Positions 51,424 through 61,454 of a stretch of DNA of 64,000 nucleotides are shown here, one piece after another. The DNA is from Rubrobacter sp. (GTDB lineage: Bacteria > Actinomycetota > Rubrobacteria > Rubrobacterales > Rubrobacteraceae): positions 737 to 64,736 of the forward strand of contig DASQVA010000033.1 in NCBI GenBank assembly GCA_035641035.1. The letters run 5' to 3'. The position numbers and the translations under genes were made by a program. The notes beneath the pieces are model-generated. The model saw only the letters and a list, made by a program, of their open reading frames with translations. It searched no databases and was not told the origin of the DNA. Position 1 is the stretch's first letter. The number at the start of each line of letters is the position of its first letter.

Positions 51424-52392
51424 CTAGGCCTTCTCACCCTCGCCAACCGCTTCGTAGGCGTCTACTATCCGCATGACGAGGTCGCTCCTCACGATGTCGT
51501 CGCGCCCCAGCCCAATGAAGGACACACCCTCCACACCGGTAAGTGCCTTCCGGGCGTCCTGCAGACCGCTCAGATGGCCTTTAGGTAGATCGACCTGCGT
51601 AATGTCGCCCGTGATCACCATCTTGGAGCCGAAGCCCAAGCGCGTGAGGAACATTTTCATCTGCTGGGGAGTAGTGTTCTGCGCCTCATCGAGAATGATG
51701 AACGCGTCGTTCAAGGTCCGGCCTCTCATAAACGCCAGGGGTGCGATCTCGATTATACCGCGCTCCAGATGCCCCTGGAACTTGGCCGGGTCGACCATCT
51801 CATAGAGCGCGTCGTAGAGCGGCCGGAAGTACGGGTCCACCTTCGCCATCACATCCCCCGGCAAGTACCCAAGCGACTCCCCGGCCTCGACCGCCGGACG
51901 GGTCAGGATAATCCTGGTCACCTCGCCCCTGTTAAGCGCCTCGACGGCCAGGGCCACTGCCAGGTACGTCTTTCCAGTCCCCGCCGGCCCGATGCCGAAG
52001 ACGATCTGGTGCTCACGAATGGCGTCGGTGTAGGCCTTCTGATTGAGGGTCTTCGGGGCGACCCGGCGCCCCCGGTGGGTGAGGATCACGTCCCCCAGCA
52101 CCTTCCGACCCCCGCCGTCGTCGGCCATCTTGTATAGGCGTTCGGCCGTCTCCGACGTCGGATGGTGGCCTTCCTCGGAGAGCCCGACCAGACCGTCGAA
52201 GACTGCCTCGGCCCTCTCGACGGCCGCCTCGGTACCGCGCAAGACGATCTCGTTTCCGCGCACGACGACCTCGCACTCGACGAGCTCCTCGACCCGCCTC
52301 AAGACGGTGTCTCGCTCGCCGAAAACCTCCAGGGTTTGGCCCGACGGTATGACAAGCTTGACTTCTACCTGGCTGCTCGTTGCAGTGTCCGT
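51424..52392 (-). CDS. phoH: PhoH-family ATPase (candidate ACG start)
   Basis: 'GPAGTGKT', 'RPAVEAGE', 'MRGRT', 'DEAQN'; frame extends 30 codons above the track start to AAAGGAG-N5-ACG. Confidence 0.93.
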   Translation of the reverse strand, partial: TDTATSSQVEVKLVIPSGQTLEVFGERDTVLRRVEELVECEVVVRGNEIVLRGTEAAVERAEAVFDGLVGLSEEGHHPTSETAERLYKMADDGGGRKVLGDVILTHRGRRVAPKTLNQKAYTDAIREHQIVFGIGPAGTGKTYLAVALAVEALNRGEVTRIILTRPAVEAGESLGYLPGDVMAKVDPYFRPLYDALYEMVDPAKFQGHLERGIIEIAPLAFMRGRTLNDAFIILDEAQNTTPQQMKMFLTRLGFGSKMVITGDITQVDLPKGHLSGLQDARKALTGVEGVSFIGLGRDDIVRSDLVMRIVDAYEAVGEGEKA

Positions 52393-52406
52393 CGCTTCTC
52401 CTTTCT

Positions 52407-52535
52407 CAGATTTGAGGTATCAGGTTTTGGCTATCGGCTTCTCGCCGGACAGCGTCGCCGTAGATCGCGGAATCCGAGTTCGCTCCGCCGCAAGCCGCGA
52501 TTCTTCCAACGTACATTCCTGATACCCGAAATCTG
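52407..52535. repeat. 129-bp element bounded by 18-bp imperfect inverted repeats
   Basis: CAGATTTGAGGTATCAGG ... CCTGATACCCGAAATCTG (16/18 match), with internal stems. Confidence 0.7.
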
Positions 52536-52553
52536 TAGCCTTCGTCAACGCCT

Positions 52554-52997
52554 TCATTGCAACCGGTTTCGCGCCAGCGCGGAGAGCTCACGTCCCTCGG
52601 CGCGGCCCCCGGAGAGGTCCATAGCCCGCCCCATGACGGCCCCCATGTCCCCCATCCCGGTCGCCCCAGTCTCTCTAACCGCCCGGTCTACTATCTCTTC
52701 CAATTTCTCCCGCGAGAGGGGCTCAGGCAGGTACGAGCGGACGATCTCTGCCTCCACCGCCTCGGAGGCGGCCCGTGCCTCGCGCCCAGCCTTCCGGAAC
52801 GCCTCGGCCGACTCCTCTCGCTGCTTGAGCTGCCGCCGAAGGATGGTCTGCTCCTCATGCTCTTCGAGCGGCCTACCCGCCTCTATCTCCCCGTTTTTAA
52901 GCGCTGCCCCGATCATCCGCAGCGCGCCCACGCGGATCCTGTCGCGCTCTTTCAAGGCGGCCTTCGTATCCCGCTGTATCTGCTCCGCCGTACTCAC
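52554..52997 (-). CDS. GatB/YqeY domain protein
   Basis: 'KQREESAEAF', 'YLPEPLS', 'DMGAVMG'. Confidence 0.92.
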   Translation of the reverse strand: MSTAEQIQRDTKAALKERDRIRVGALRMIGAALKNGEIEAGRPLEEHEEQTILRRQLKQREESAEAFRKAGREARAASEAVEAEIVRSYLPEPLSREKLEEIVDRAVRETGATGMGDMGAVMGRAMDLSGGRAEGRELSALARNRLQ

Positions 52998-53329
52998 GGC
53001 CTCCCCAACCACTGGACGCCCGTGACGTGCAGGTACAAACTCTCCTGCCTCGCGCCGGGCCCGCTGTTGATCCGCACGGCGTATCTACCCTCCTTAACCC
53101 CCGGCTTCTCCACCATCGCGGTCGCTACCTCGAAGATCCGCTTGACCACGGCGTCCGGCAATGCCCCGATCGTCTCCAGATTATCTACGTAACGCTTGGG
53201 GATGCCCAAAACGTGGGCTGGAGCCTGCCCGTTTATGTCGTTGGAGGATAAGACCTCGTCCTCATCGTGACCCACCTCGGTATCAGCCTCCTCTGCGCAG
53301 GGTACCCTGTCATGCTCGGTTAGGATCAC
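52994..53329 (-). pseudogene. Degenerate HIT (HINT/PKCI-like) protein gene
   Basis: 'DINGQAPAHVLGIPKR', 'YAVRINSG..ARQE' retained; N-terminal CxFC and the HxHxH triad lost ('SLYLHVTG'). Confidence 0.7.
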
Positions 53330-53337
53330 CGTCCTCC

Positions 53338-54054
53338 TCAAGGTCTCACCCTGCTCTCCAACGCCGCCTGCGCCCGCGCCACCGCGACCACGCCGGCGGT
53401 CTCGCTGCGCAACCTGTACGGCCCCAACTGGGCAAACGTGAGTCCCACCTCTTCGGCCAGTCGCAACTCGCCCGCACCCCACCCGCCTTCAGGCCCCACG
53501 AACAGCCCCGCAGGCGAGCCGACAACGGCCTCGACGACATCCAACCCCGGAGCATTATGCAGCAGCACCCCAGCCTCCCCCACCTCGCGGACTGCCCTCT
53601 CAAACGGCACCGGCTCGCGCACCTCCGGCACGCGGAGCCTGAGCGATTGGCGCGCCGCGGCCTCCACTACCCGGCGCCAGCGTCCGATCTTCCCCTCTCG
53701 CGGGTTCACGACGCCCCGCTCCGCCACGACCGGCACGATGGTCGAAACCCCCACCTCTGTCGCCTTCTCGACCACGAAGTCCATACGGCCTCCCTTGGGT
53801 ATGGCCTGGTAGAGCGAGATCTCGACGTCCTCCGCACCAGCCAGCGCGAGCTCCTCCACAACGTCCGCCCTGCGGCCTCCGCGCAACTCGGCGACGAAAA
53901 GGCGCCCGGCACCGTCCACGACCTCGACGAGGTCCCATTCTCTGCCACGCAGGACTCTCAGGACGTGGTCTGCCTCCCCCTCGGGTAGCTCCAATGCGCC
54001 GCCGGCCTCCAGAGCGTGGCCCACGAAAATGCGGGTTATCGGTGCTCGAGTGAC
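53338..54054 (-). CDS. rsmE: 16S rRNA m3U1498 methyltransferase (start uncertain: GTC 54054, ATA 54039 or GTG 54024)
   Basis: 'HVLRVLR', 'EKATEVG', 'EAAARQS', 'VGPEGG', 'LRSETA'. Confidence 0.93.
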   Translation of the reverse strand, partial: VTRAPITRIFVGHALEAGGALELPEGEADHVLRVLRGREWDLVEVVDGAGRLFVAELRGGRRADVVEELALAGAEDVEISLYQAIPKGGRMDFVVEKATEVGVSTIVPVVAERGVVNPREGKIGRWRRVVEAAARQSLRLRVPEVREPVPFERAVREVGEAGVLLHNAPGLDVVEAVVGSPAGLFVGPEGGWGAGELRLAEEVGLTFAQLGPYRLRSETAGVVAVARAQAALESRVRP

Positions 54055-54062
54055 GAGATCAC

Positions 54063-55193
54063 CTACCTGAAGACTCCTCTGAGGCGGTCGAAGAAGGAGC
54101 CCCCACCGCCGTTGTAGGTCTCCTCACCGCTCACCGCCTCGAACCTCTCCAGCAACTCCCGCTGTTCACCCGTGAGGCGGGTCGGGACCATCACGTCGAC
54201 GACCACCTTGAGATCCCCACGCCCGCGCCGCCTGATGCGCGGCATCCCCTCGCCCCGGAGCGTGAGCGTCGTCCCGGGCTGCGTCCCCGGCTCGACCCTC
54301 ACGAGAGTAGGCCCGTCGAGGGCCGGCACCTCTACCTCGGTGCCTAACGCCGCCCCGATAAAGCTGACCTTCAAGCGGTGGATCAGATCTTCCCCGTCGC
54401 GCATGAGTTCAGGGTCCTCCTTGACCTTCACCCCGACGTACAGATCCCCCGCGGGCGCGCCGGGGTCGCCGGAGTGTCCCGCGCCCGAGATCCTGAGCCG
54501 CATGCCGTCCTCGATGCCTTCCGGCACCCGGAGCCGCCGGGTCTGCATCTCGGAGACCTTCCCGCTCCCGCGGCAGTTATCGCAGTAGACGTCGATGATC
54601 CGGCCTCTCCCCCCGCACGACGAGCACGCCTGCGCGGTCACTATCTGCCCCAGTATGCTCTCCCGGATCGTCCTCACCGCCCCAGCACCCCCGCAGGTGC
54701 CGCAGACGTGGGACTCCGTACCGCCGACGCCCTCGCAGACCTCACAATTGCTGACGAGCTGGACGTTTATCTCACGATCAACCCCGTAGGCGGCCTCGCG
54801 CAGCGAGACCTCTACCTCGACCTCGGCGTGGCTCCCGCGAGTCGGGGTCTGCGCGGTGGAGGCGCCGAAAAAGGAGTCACCGAAGCGGTCGCCGAAGAAG
54901 GCGTCGAAGATGTCTTGGAACCCGCCGAACGGGTCGCCACCAGGGTAGCCGCCGGCCCCCGCGCCGCGGGGCACCTGGTGACCGTAGGTGTCGTAAGCGC
55001 GCCGGGCTTCGGGGTTCGAGAGGACCTCGTAGGCCTCGGTGAGCTCCTTAAAGCGTTCCTCGGCATCGGAGTCGCCGGGGTTGGCGTCAGGGTGGTGAGA
55101 GCGGGCCAGGCGGCGGTAGGCCTTCTTGATCTCCGCCTCCGACACTTCCCGGGACACGCCCAGAACCTCGTAGTAGTCGCGCTTCTGTGCCAA
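54063..55193 (-). CDS. dnaJ: Chaperone DnaJ
   Basis: HPD J-domain, G/F region, four CxxCxGxG repeats. Confidence 0.97.
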   Translation of the reverse strand: MAQKRDYYEVLGVSREVSEAEIKKAYRRLARSHHPDANPGDSDAEERFKELTEAYEVLSNPEARRAYDTYGHQVPRGAGAGGYPGGDPFGGFQDIFDAFFGDRFGDSFFGASTAQTPTRGSHAEVEVEVSLREAAYGVDREINVQLVSNCEVCEGVGGTESHVCGTCGGAGAVRTIRESILGQIVTAQACSSCGGRGRIIDVYCDNCRGSGKVSEMQTRRLRVPEGIEDGMRLRISGAGHSGDPGAPAGDLYVGVKVKEDPELMRDGEDLIHRLKVSFIGAALGTEVEVPALDGPTLVRVEPGTQPGTTLTLRGEGMPRIRRRGRGDLKVVVDVMVPTRLTGEQRELLERFEAVSGEETYNGGGGSFFDRLRGVFR

Positions 55194-56222
55194 CTAGAAC
55201 CGGGCGTCCAAACAGGTTGTCAGGGCCTCGGCGGCGGAGCGTACTGTGGCTATGGCCGCATCGTAGTCCATACGCTTGGGCCCGATCAGGCTGACCACCC
55301 CGTAGGGCCTCTCGCGGTGGTTATAGGCCGAGGCTACCAAGCTCGTGCCGGTCAGGTTCAGAAAGCCGCTCTCCGCACCAATGGAGACGACGACGCCGCT
55401 GTTCGACACAGAGCGCTGCAAGGCGTCGCTCATCAGATGCAGGAGCCACCGCCGGCGCTCGAAGATCTCGATAACAGCCGAGAGGCTACCGGGGTCGAGG
55501 TCGTCCAGGCGGCTAAGAAGGGTCGAGGCGCCTTGTACAAAGACGCCGCGCTCCGTCGCCCGCCCGAGCACCCCGACGGCTTCTAGGACCGCGCCTACGG
55601 TCATCGAGTCGTGGTCCGAGAGGACCTTGCGCGCGGCGAGCCCCAGCTCCAACTCTCCTCCCAGCGGTCGACCACTGAGCCACGAGTTGAGGGCTGCAAA
55701 GATGCCGCGCAGCTCCTCATCATCCACGGGTGTGGGGAGCGAGATCGCGGCGCTCGCAGACACCCCGCTCTGCATCGACACCACGAGCAGAAGTCTGCTG
55801 TCTCCCATCGGCAGGTAGTCGACGCGGGCGAGCGACTCGCCGAGGGCGCTCGGACCTGCGACCACTGCCAGGAGGCGGGTCAACTCGCTCATCCCTTCAG
55901 AGACGCCCCGCAGGAGCTCGTCCACGTTGCCGTAGCCTTCGGGGGTCTCGAAGCATGTCTCCTCGCCTGAGCCTTCCGCCAGTACGGCGTCCACGTAGTA
56001 GCGGTAGCCCCGGTCGGTCGGCACGCGGCCGGCGGAGGTGTGCGGATGATCCAAAAGCCCGACGGACTCGAGGTGGGAGAGCTCCGCGCGGATCGTGGAG
56101 CTGCTGGCGTCGATCTTGTCTACCAGGACGTGGCTGCCCACGGGCGCTCCGGTGGAGATGTATATCTCCAGCGTCCTGAGCAGTATCTCGCGCTGCCTGT
56201 CCGTAAGATCGAGGTTCGTCAT
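55194..56222 (-). CDS. hrcA: Heat-inducible repressor HrcA
   Basis: 'PVGS', 'SSSTIR', 'HPHTSAGRVPTDRGYRYYVD', 'GPKRMDY'. Confidence 0.95.
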   Translation of the reverse strand: MTNLDLTDRQREILLRTLEIYISTGAPVGSHVLVDKIDASSSTIRAELSHLESVGLLDHPHTSAGRVPTDRGYRYYVDAVLAEGSGEETCFETPEGYGNVDELLRGVSEGMSELTRLLAVVAGPSALGESLARVDYLPMGDSRLLLVVSMQSGVSASAAISLPTPVDDEELRGIFAALNSWLSGRPLGGELELGLAARKVLSDHDSMTVGAVLEAVGVLGRATERGVFVQGASTLLSRLDDLDPGSLSAVIEIFERRRWLLHLMSDALQRSVSNSGVVVSIGAESGFLNLTGTSLVASAYNHRERPYGVVSLIGPKRMDYDAAIATVRSAAEALTTCLDARF

Positions 56223-56279
56223 CGCAACCGTGATTTTAACATGGGCGCGGGCCGTCCCAAATCCACGGCGAGGAGCGTC

Positions 56280-58058
56280 TCAGATGCGTAACGCCGCCAG
56301 AAAAGCTTCCTGCGGGATCTCCACGCGCCCGACCTGCTTCATACGGCGCTTGCCCTTCTTCTGGTGCTCCAGCAGCTTCTTTTTGCGGGTGATGTCTCCG
56401 CCGTAGCACTTGGCTATCACGTCCTTGCGATAGGCGCGTACGGTCTCGCGGGCGATGATGCGTTTGCCCGTCGCCGCCTGGATCGGCACCTCGAACTGCT
56501 GGCGTGGGATCAGCTCCTTTAGTTTCTCGGTGAGGGCACGACCGCGGTAGTACGCCTTGTCGCGGTGGGCGATGATAGAGAGTGCGTCTACAGGATCTCC
56601 CGAGACCAACACCTCGACCTTTACGAGATCTGAGGGCTCATAACCCCTCGGCTCGTAATCGTAGGAGGCGTAGCCCTTAGTGCGGCTCTTCAGGGCGTCG
56701 AAGAAGTCTGCGATGATCTCCGCGAGCGGCAGATCGTAAGTGAGCTGCACGCGCCGCGTGGAGATATACTCCATCCCGACGGAGATGCCGCGCTTCTCGT
56801 GGCAAAGTCCCATAACCGCCCCGACGTATTCCTTCGGACAGATGATGGTCGCCCGAACGATGGGCTCCCGGATCTCGTCAAAGATATCCGGCAGGTCGCT
56901 GGGGTTGGTGACCTCGACCATCTCGCCGGCCACCACGACCTGGTACCTCACGCTCGGCGAGGAAGCGATGAGGTCCAGGTCGAACTCCCGCTCTAGACGC
57001 TCCTGGATGATCTCCATGTGCAAAAGCCCTAAGAACCCGCAGCGGAAGCCGAACCCCATCCGCGAGTTCTCCGGCTCGAAGAAGAGCGAGGCGTCGTTTA
57101 GCTGCAGCTTCGAGAGCGCGTCGCGCAGCCGCTCAAAGTCGTCACCCTCCGTCGGGTAGAGACCAGAGAAGACCATCGGAAGTGCTTCGGCGTACCCAGG
57201 CAAAGGCTCCGAAGCCGGGTTCTCCACACGCGTAACCGTGTCGCCGACGCGCAGCGCTTCGATGTCCTTGAGGCCGGCGATCACGTAGCCCACCTCCCCG
57301 CTTTCAAGGATCGGGAGGGCCGTTGGTTTGGGCGAGTAGCAGCCGACCTCCAAGAGCTCGAACTGCTCGTCGCTGCCCATGGCGCGGACCTTGTCGCCCT
57401 TCTTGAGCCTGCCGTCGAACATACGAGCCAGGGAGATGACACCTCGGTAGGGGTCGTAGTGGGAGTCAAAGATCAGGGCGCGGGTCTCCTCCTGCTCCGT
57501 GGAGGGAGCGGGCACGTGGTCCACGATAGCGTCCAGCACGTCGGTTACGCCCTCGCCGGTCTTGGCGGAGATCTTGAGTATGTCCTCCTCATCCACGCCC
57601 AGGAGCTCCACCAACTCCTCGGTGACGGCCGGCACATCGGCTATGGGAAGGTCTATCTTGTTAAGGACTGGGATGATCTCGAGGTCGTGCTCCATCGCCA
57701 GATACAGGTTCGCGAGCGTCTGGGCCTGAATACCCTGGCTCGCGTCCACCACGAGGAGGGCGCCCTCGCAGGCCGCGATCGCGCGAGAGACCTCGTAGGC
57801 GAAGTCCACGTGGCCCGGCGTGTCGATGAGGTTAAGTGACCAGTCGCCGTCGTCCCTCTTGTACGGTACCCGGACGGCCTGAGCCTTGATCGTGATGCCC
57901 CGCTCGCGTTCGAGATCCATGGTGTCCAGGATCTGGGCCATACGCTCCCGCTCGGGGACGGCCCCGGTTACGTCGAGGAACCGGTCAGCGAGGGTGCTCT
58001 TACCATGGTCTATGTGCGCTATTATGCAGAAGTTGCGCGTGCGCTCGGTGTTTCTCAC
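56280..58058 (-). CDS. lepA: Elongation factor 4
   Basis: '[13 protein letters not shown]', 'ERERGITIK', '[10 protein letters not shown]'. Confidence 0.98.
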   Translation of the reverse strand: MRNTERTRNFCIIAHIDHGKSTLADRFLDVTGAVPERERMAQILDTMDLERERGITIKAQAVRVPYKRDDGDWSLNLIDTPGHVDFAYEVSRAIAACEGALLVVDASQGIQAQTLANLYLAMEHDLEIIPVLNKIDLPIADVPAVTEELVELLGVDEEDILKISAKTGEGVTDVLDAIVDHVPAPSTEQEETRALIFDSHYDPYRGVISLARMFDGRLKKGDKVRAMGSDEQFELLEVGCYSPKPTALPILESGEVGYVIAGLKDIEALRVGDTVTRVENPASEPLPGYAEALPMVFSGLYPTEGDDFERLRDALSKLQLNDASLFFEPENSRMGFGFRCGFLGLLHMEIIQERLEREFDLDLIASSPSVRYQVVVAGEMVEVTNPSDLPDIFDEIREPIVRATIICPKEYVGAVMGLCHEKRGISVGMEYISTRRVQLTYDLPLAEIIADFFDALKSRTKGYASYDYEPRGYEPSDLVKVEVLVSGDPVDALSIIAHRDKAYYRGRALTEKLKELIPRQQFEVPIQAATGKRIIARETVRAYRKDVIAKCYGGDITRKKKLLEHQKKGKRRMKQVGRVEIPQEAFLAALRI

Positions 58059-58064
58059 GCGCAG

Positions 58065-58105
58065 AGTTTAACATGATTGCCCCTTTGCTCTACTTATGTT
58101 ACATT
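58065..58105. promoter_or_regulatory. Divergent promoters: leaderless lepA (minus) and rpsT (plus)
   Basis: Minus: TG-T-TAAACT 6 nt before the lepA GTG. Plus: TTGCCC-N17-TACATT (58077-58105). Confidence 0.65.
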
Positions 58106-58143
58106 CTTTCGGTTAGCCCCTTTAGATACGAGGAGTAAAGAGC

Positions 58144-58404
58144 GTGCCTGCACCATCCAAGCGCGATAAACAGAGCATCAAGCGCGGCGACCACAACAAG
58201 GGCATCCGGTCCCGCCTGCGCAACCTCTCCAAGAACTTCTACCGAGCCGTGGAGTCCGGTGACGCGGAGAGAGCCCGCGAGATCCGGGACGAGTCACAGA
58301 AGGTCTTCAACCAGGCCGCCACCAAGGGCGTCATCCACCCTAACAAGGCCGCCCGCAAAGTCAGCCGCTTCGACAAGGCCCTCGCCTCAGACCGTAGCGA
58401 GTAA
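58144..58404 (+). CDS. rpsT: 30S ribosomal protein S20
   Basis: 'KGVIHPNKAARKVSR'; SD GAGGAG; lepA/holA synteny. Confidence 0.95.
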   Translation: MPAPSKRDKQSIKRGDHNKGIRSRLRNLSKNFYRAVESGDAERAREIRDESQKVFNQAATKGVIHPNKAARKVSRFDKALASDRSE

Positions 58405-58420
58405 CCAGCCGATACCCAGG

Positions 58421-59087
58421 CTGGACGAGGTCGTTCCCTGGTGACGCTCCAGGGAAGAATTCGTCCGGATGTTCGTCGGAAGTCCGACGACCTCTACGGC
58501 AGATCCCTCGACTGCGCCGCCCTAGCCAGCTGCAACGCCAACGTTATAACGAAAAGCCACCGGGTCGTATCTTGCGGCCCGCTCAACCAACTCACCGCTG
58601 GAGGGATGCACGCCTATCGACGCGGGAGTCACGACATCGTGGTAGAGAAAGCGCGGGCAGCTAGACATGAGCTCGTCTGGCACGAAATCCGATCAGCTGA
58701 GCAGCTCGGCGAGGTACGAATTGCGATTATGCGACGCTTCCTCGCCAACTTCACGAAGGACTCAGAAAGGGACGCTTCCGCGCCGAGGCGCTTCCACGCA
58801 TCGATTTCCGGAATGGAGCGCTCGACCTTGCATCTGCTCCCACTTCTTCTTTACTTACTCGGAGCAGCTGTGCCTCGACTTCCACGTCACCTCCGTAGAG
58901 GAGATGTGTCGGGTCGCGTGCGAGGCGCGGATGTTTTCTGTTCAAGAGCTACGGGGGACCGTCGCCGCGCCTGGAGCCTGCCCTCGTCAAGCTAAGGGAG
59001 CGCGGCTACTGTGCCGAAGTCAGGGAAGTATCGTACGAGTTGCAGCGCGGCGGGACGAGAGTGGCTCGCGGTCTGGTGACCACCCGC
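58421..59087 (+). pseudogene. Decayed SAM-dependent methyltransferase gene
   Basis: Fragments across frames: 'LDEVVPW*RSREEFVRMF', 'LDCAALAS', 'LGEVRIAIMRRFL', 'CSHFFFTYSEQL..DFHV..VEEMCRVA', 'YELQRGG'. Confidence 0.75.
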
Positions 59088-60008
59088 CTACCGGGAGAGC
59101 TTGAGCACGGCTAGCTCGACCTGAAGCCCGTCGCCGAGATCCCTCCCACCCTTTAGCCCGCTCTCCAAATCCAGGACGAGGGCTAGGGCCCGCTCCAGAT
59201 CTCCATCGTCCAGCTTGCGGCCCTGTCCCTCCAGGTTGCGGGCCACGAACGGCGGGACCTTTAGCTCCCTGGCCGTCTCGCCCTGTGAAGCCCCCCTCTC
59301 GAAGAGCGCTCGGGCTCGGGCGGCTAGTTGGAACTGGCGCCGGATCATAAACGTTAGGCGCAGCGGGGGCTCGCCGGTTTCGATCAAGTCCTCTAGAAGC
59401 TTGATCGCCCTGCCCCGCTGCCCGGCCGCCAGGGCGTCCACGAACGCGAAGATGTTGGACTGGACGTCCGGCGGACAGAGATGCGCGACGTCCTCGTGGT
59501 TCGCCGCACCCCTCCCGACATAGAGTGCCAGCTTCTCCGTTTCCTGGACGAGGCGCATCTTGTCACCGGAGCAGCGGGTTGTGAGATCCTCGGCGACGGT
59601 TTCCGGCAAGTCAAGCCCCAACGTGCCGGCTTGCGCGACGACCCACTTGACGAGGACCTTGCCGGTCGGCTGCTCAAAGTTGTGGACTTCGCCGGACTTC
59701 TTCACCGCCGCGAGCAGCCTCTCTCGGGCGCCAAGCTTCTTACCAACGAGGAGAAGATCAGACTCGGGCGGTGGGTCCAGCAAATAATCCACCACCACGG
59801 TTTTCTGAGCCGCATTCCAAGCGTCGAGGTTTCTCACGACGACGAACGGGCCCTCCCCGAAGAGCGAGAAAGAGTTGCAAGCGGAGACGACCGTCTCGGG
59901 GCGGGTCTCCGCAGCATCGTACGCCTCGGCCGCCCGGCCGCGGCGCAGCTTCTCGATGCTGCGGACCTTGCGCTCCTCGTCGTCTCCTAGTAGAAGATAG
60001 ACCGCCAT
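59088..60008 (-). CDS. holA: DNA polymerase III delta subunit
   Basis: 'VYLLLGDD', 'SLFG', 'QETEKL', 'IFAFVDA', 'LKGG'; convergent with rpsT; TAGAAT 6 nt upstream of the ATG. Confidence 0.9.
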   Translation of the reverse strand: MAVYLLLGDDEERKVRSIEKLRRGRAAEAYDAAETRPETVVSACNSFSLFGEGPFVVVRNLDAWNAAQKTVVVDYLLDPPPESDLLLVGKKLGARERLLAAVKKSGEVHNFEQPTGKVLVKWVVAQAGTLGLDLPETVAEDLTTRCSGDKMRLVQETEKLALYVGRGAANHEDVAHLCPPDVQSNIFAFVDALAAGQRGRAIKLLEDLIETGEPPLRLTFMIRRQFQLAARARALFERGASQGETARELKVPPFVARNLEGQGRKLDDGDLERALALVLDLESGLKGGRDLGDGLQVELAVLKLSR

Positions 60009-60588
60009 ATCGACATTCTAAACGCTCTTGGCCCCGACGAGTACGAGCTACAGCACTGCCGACGGGACGAGAAGTGCTGCCTATAGTGGCCGGCGATTCT
60101 CGACGAAGCCTTTTTCTGCAACGACGGTGGGTCCGCAGCCGGCATAGAGGAAACCTAGAGACAAACGTTGGGGGGTTCCTGGTGGCTTGAACTGACAAGG
60201 CCGCAGCCTTCGCCGGCATCTGACAGGCCTATAGAACGGTGGTCTCGCAGTCGATCGACGGCATAGATTAAAGTCTCCATAGATCAGGGTGACATGGCGG
60301 AGCTGAGGAGCGGGTGGGCGTAGGCGGTCATCCAAAGCTTGTTCCGCCAGAACGATACGAAATGATTGCTCTTCGAGCATCCAGCGGATTCGGTCTATAT
60401 GTGTGTGAAATCTAGGCTCTCAGGGCACGTGTCGGGCGTCATCCTGTAGCAGGATGCGGAACCTTAAACCGAGGTGTTTTGTAGTTTAGGATGACGTAAA
60501 CCGCTTCATTGAATTACCGCGCGAGACGGCTCAGCTGATCCCTGTCCAAACTCCCTGCACTCTCTTGGGTAATCTCTCCTCTCCAAAG

Positions 60589-61005
60589 CTAACCTCTGTA
60601 GACCAGGAACTCGACCGACCCCGATGCGACCGTATCATCCCCCCGCAGCGCGTACACGTCGAAGGCGTACAATCGCCCCTGCCCGATCTCTTTTACGCCG
60701 CTCACCCGACCGCCGACGCGAAGGACGTCGCCGAGAGAGACCATCCCTAAGAAGCGGCTCCGGAAGCCCTTCACGTCGCCGTGTTCGAGGTAGGGGAAGA
60801 ACAAAAGGCCCATCGTGGCGACTGTGAGCATCCCGGGGGCGATGATGCCGGGGAGGCCTGCCTCTTTGGCGGCCTCGTCAACCAGGTGGATCGGGGTGAA
60901 GTCCCCCGAAGCCCCCGCGTACGTGATGAGCCGCATACGAATCACGGGGGGCAGCGTGTGCCCCTCCAGTTCGTCGACGACGGCCCAGCTCAGAGCTTCG
61001 ATCAA
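60589..61005 (-). CDS. MaoC/HadB-like (R)-specific hydratase/dehydratase subunit
   Basis: 'YAGASGDFTPIH', 'GIIAPGML'. Confidence 0.88.
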   Translation of the reverse strand: MIEALSWAVVDELEGHTLPPVIRMRLITYAGASGDFTPIHLVDEAAKEAGLPGIIAPGMLTVATMGLLFFPYLEHGDVKGFRSRFLGMVSLGDVLRVGGRVSGVKEIGQGRLYAFDVYALRGDDTVASGSVEFLVYRG

Positions 61006-61454
61006 ACCTCGATCCCCCTTCTCAAGGCCTCCGTAATGACGACACTGGCGTTGGCGGTAAAGACGCTCTCCCCTTGCAGGCCTTCGCCGGTTCGCTCGAA
61101 GGCAAGGAGGCCGAGGAGACCGCGGCGGCTCTGTTTGTCATAGGAGGCCTTGAGCTCCATGCGGCAGAGCAGCTCCTCGTCGACCAGGAGCGGGCGCTCG
61201 TAGGCGATGCGGAACTCGCCGTGGATCAGACCGGCCGGGGGCAACTCCAGGCCCTCTATCCTTACGTAGTTGAAGGTACGCGGGAAGGTCGGTGGCGCAA
61301 CGATGCGGCCGTAGCGACTCCTAGCGGCAGCTCCTTCGTCCACGCACAGCGGGCTCGGATCGGCTATGGCCCCGGCGAAGCGGCGGACGGCGCCGCGCTC
61401 GACCAGGTTCCTGACTAGCTCCGAGCGCAGCCCGACGAAGCGTTCGTAGAGCAC
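61002..61454 (-). CDS. MaoC N-terminal/HadA-like hotdog subunit
   Basis: 'VERGAVRRFA.AI.D..P', 'APPTF', 'LIHGE...YERPL'. Confidence 0.85.
   Translation of the reverse strand: MLYERFVGLRSELVRNLVERGAVRRFAGAIADPSPLCVDEGAAARSRYGRIVAPPTFPRTFNYVRIEGLELPPAGLIHGEFRIAYERPLLVDEELLCRMELKASYDKQSRRGLLGLLAFERTGEGLQGESVFTANASVVITEALRRGIEV

Noticed and set aside
60081-60380. 99-aa minus-strand ORF upstream of holA
   Set aside because: No recognisable family, weak codon bias and no clear SD; not called as a gene.
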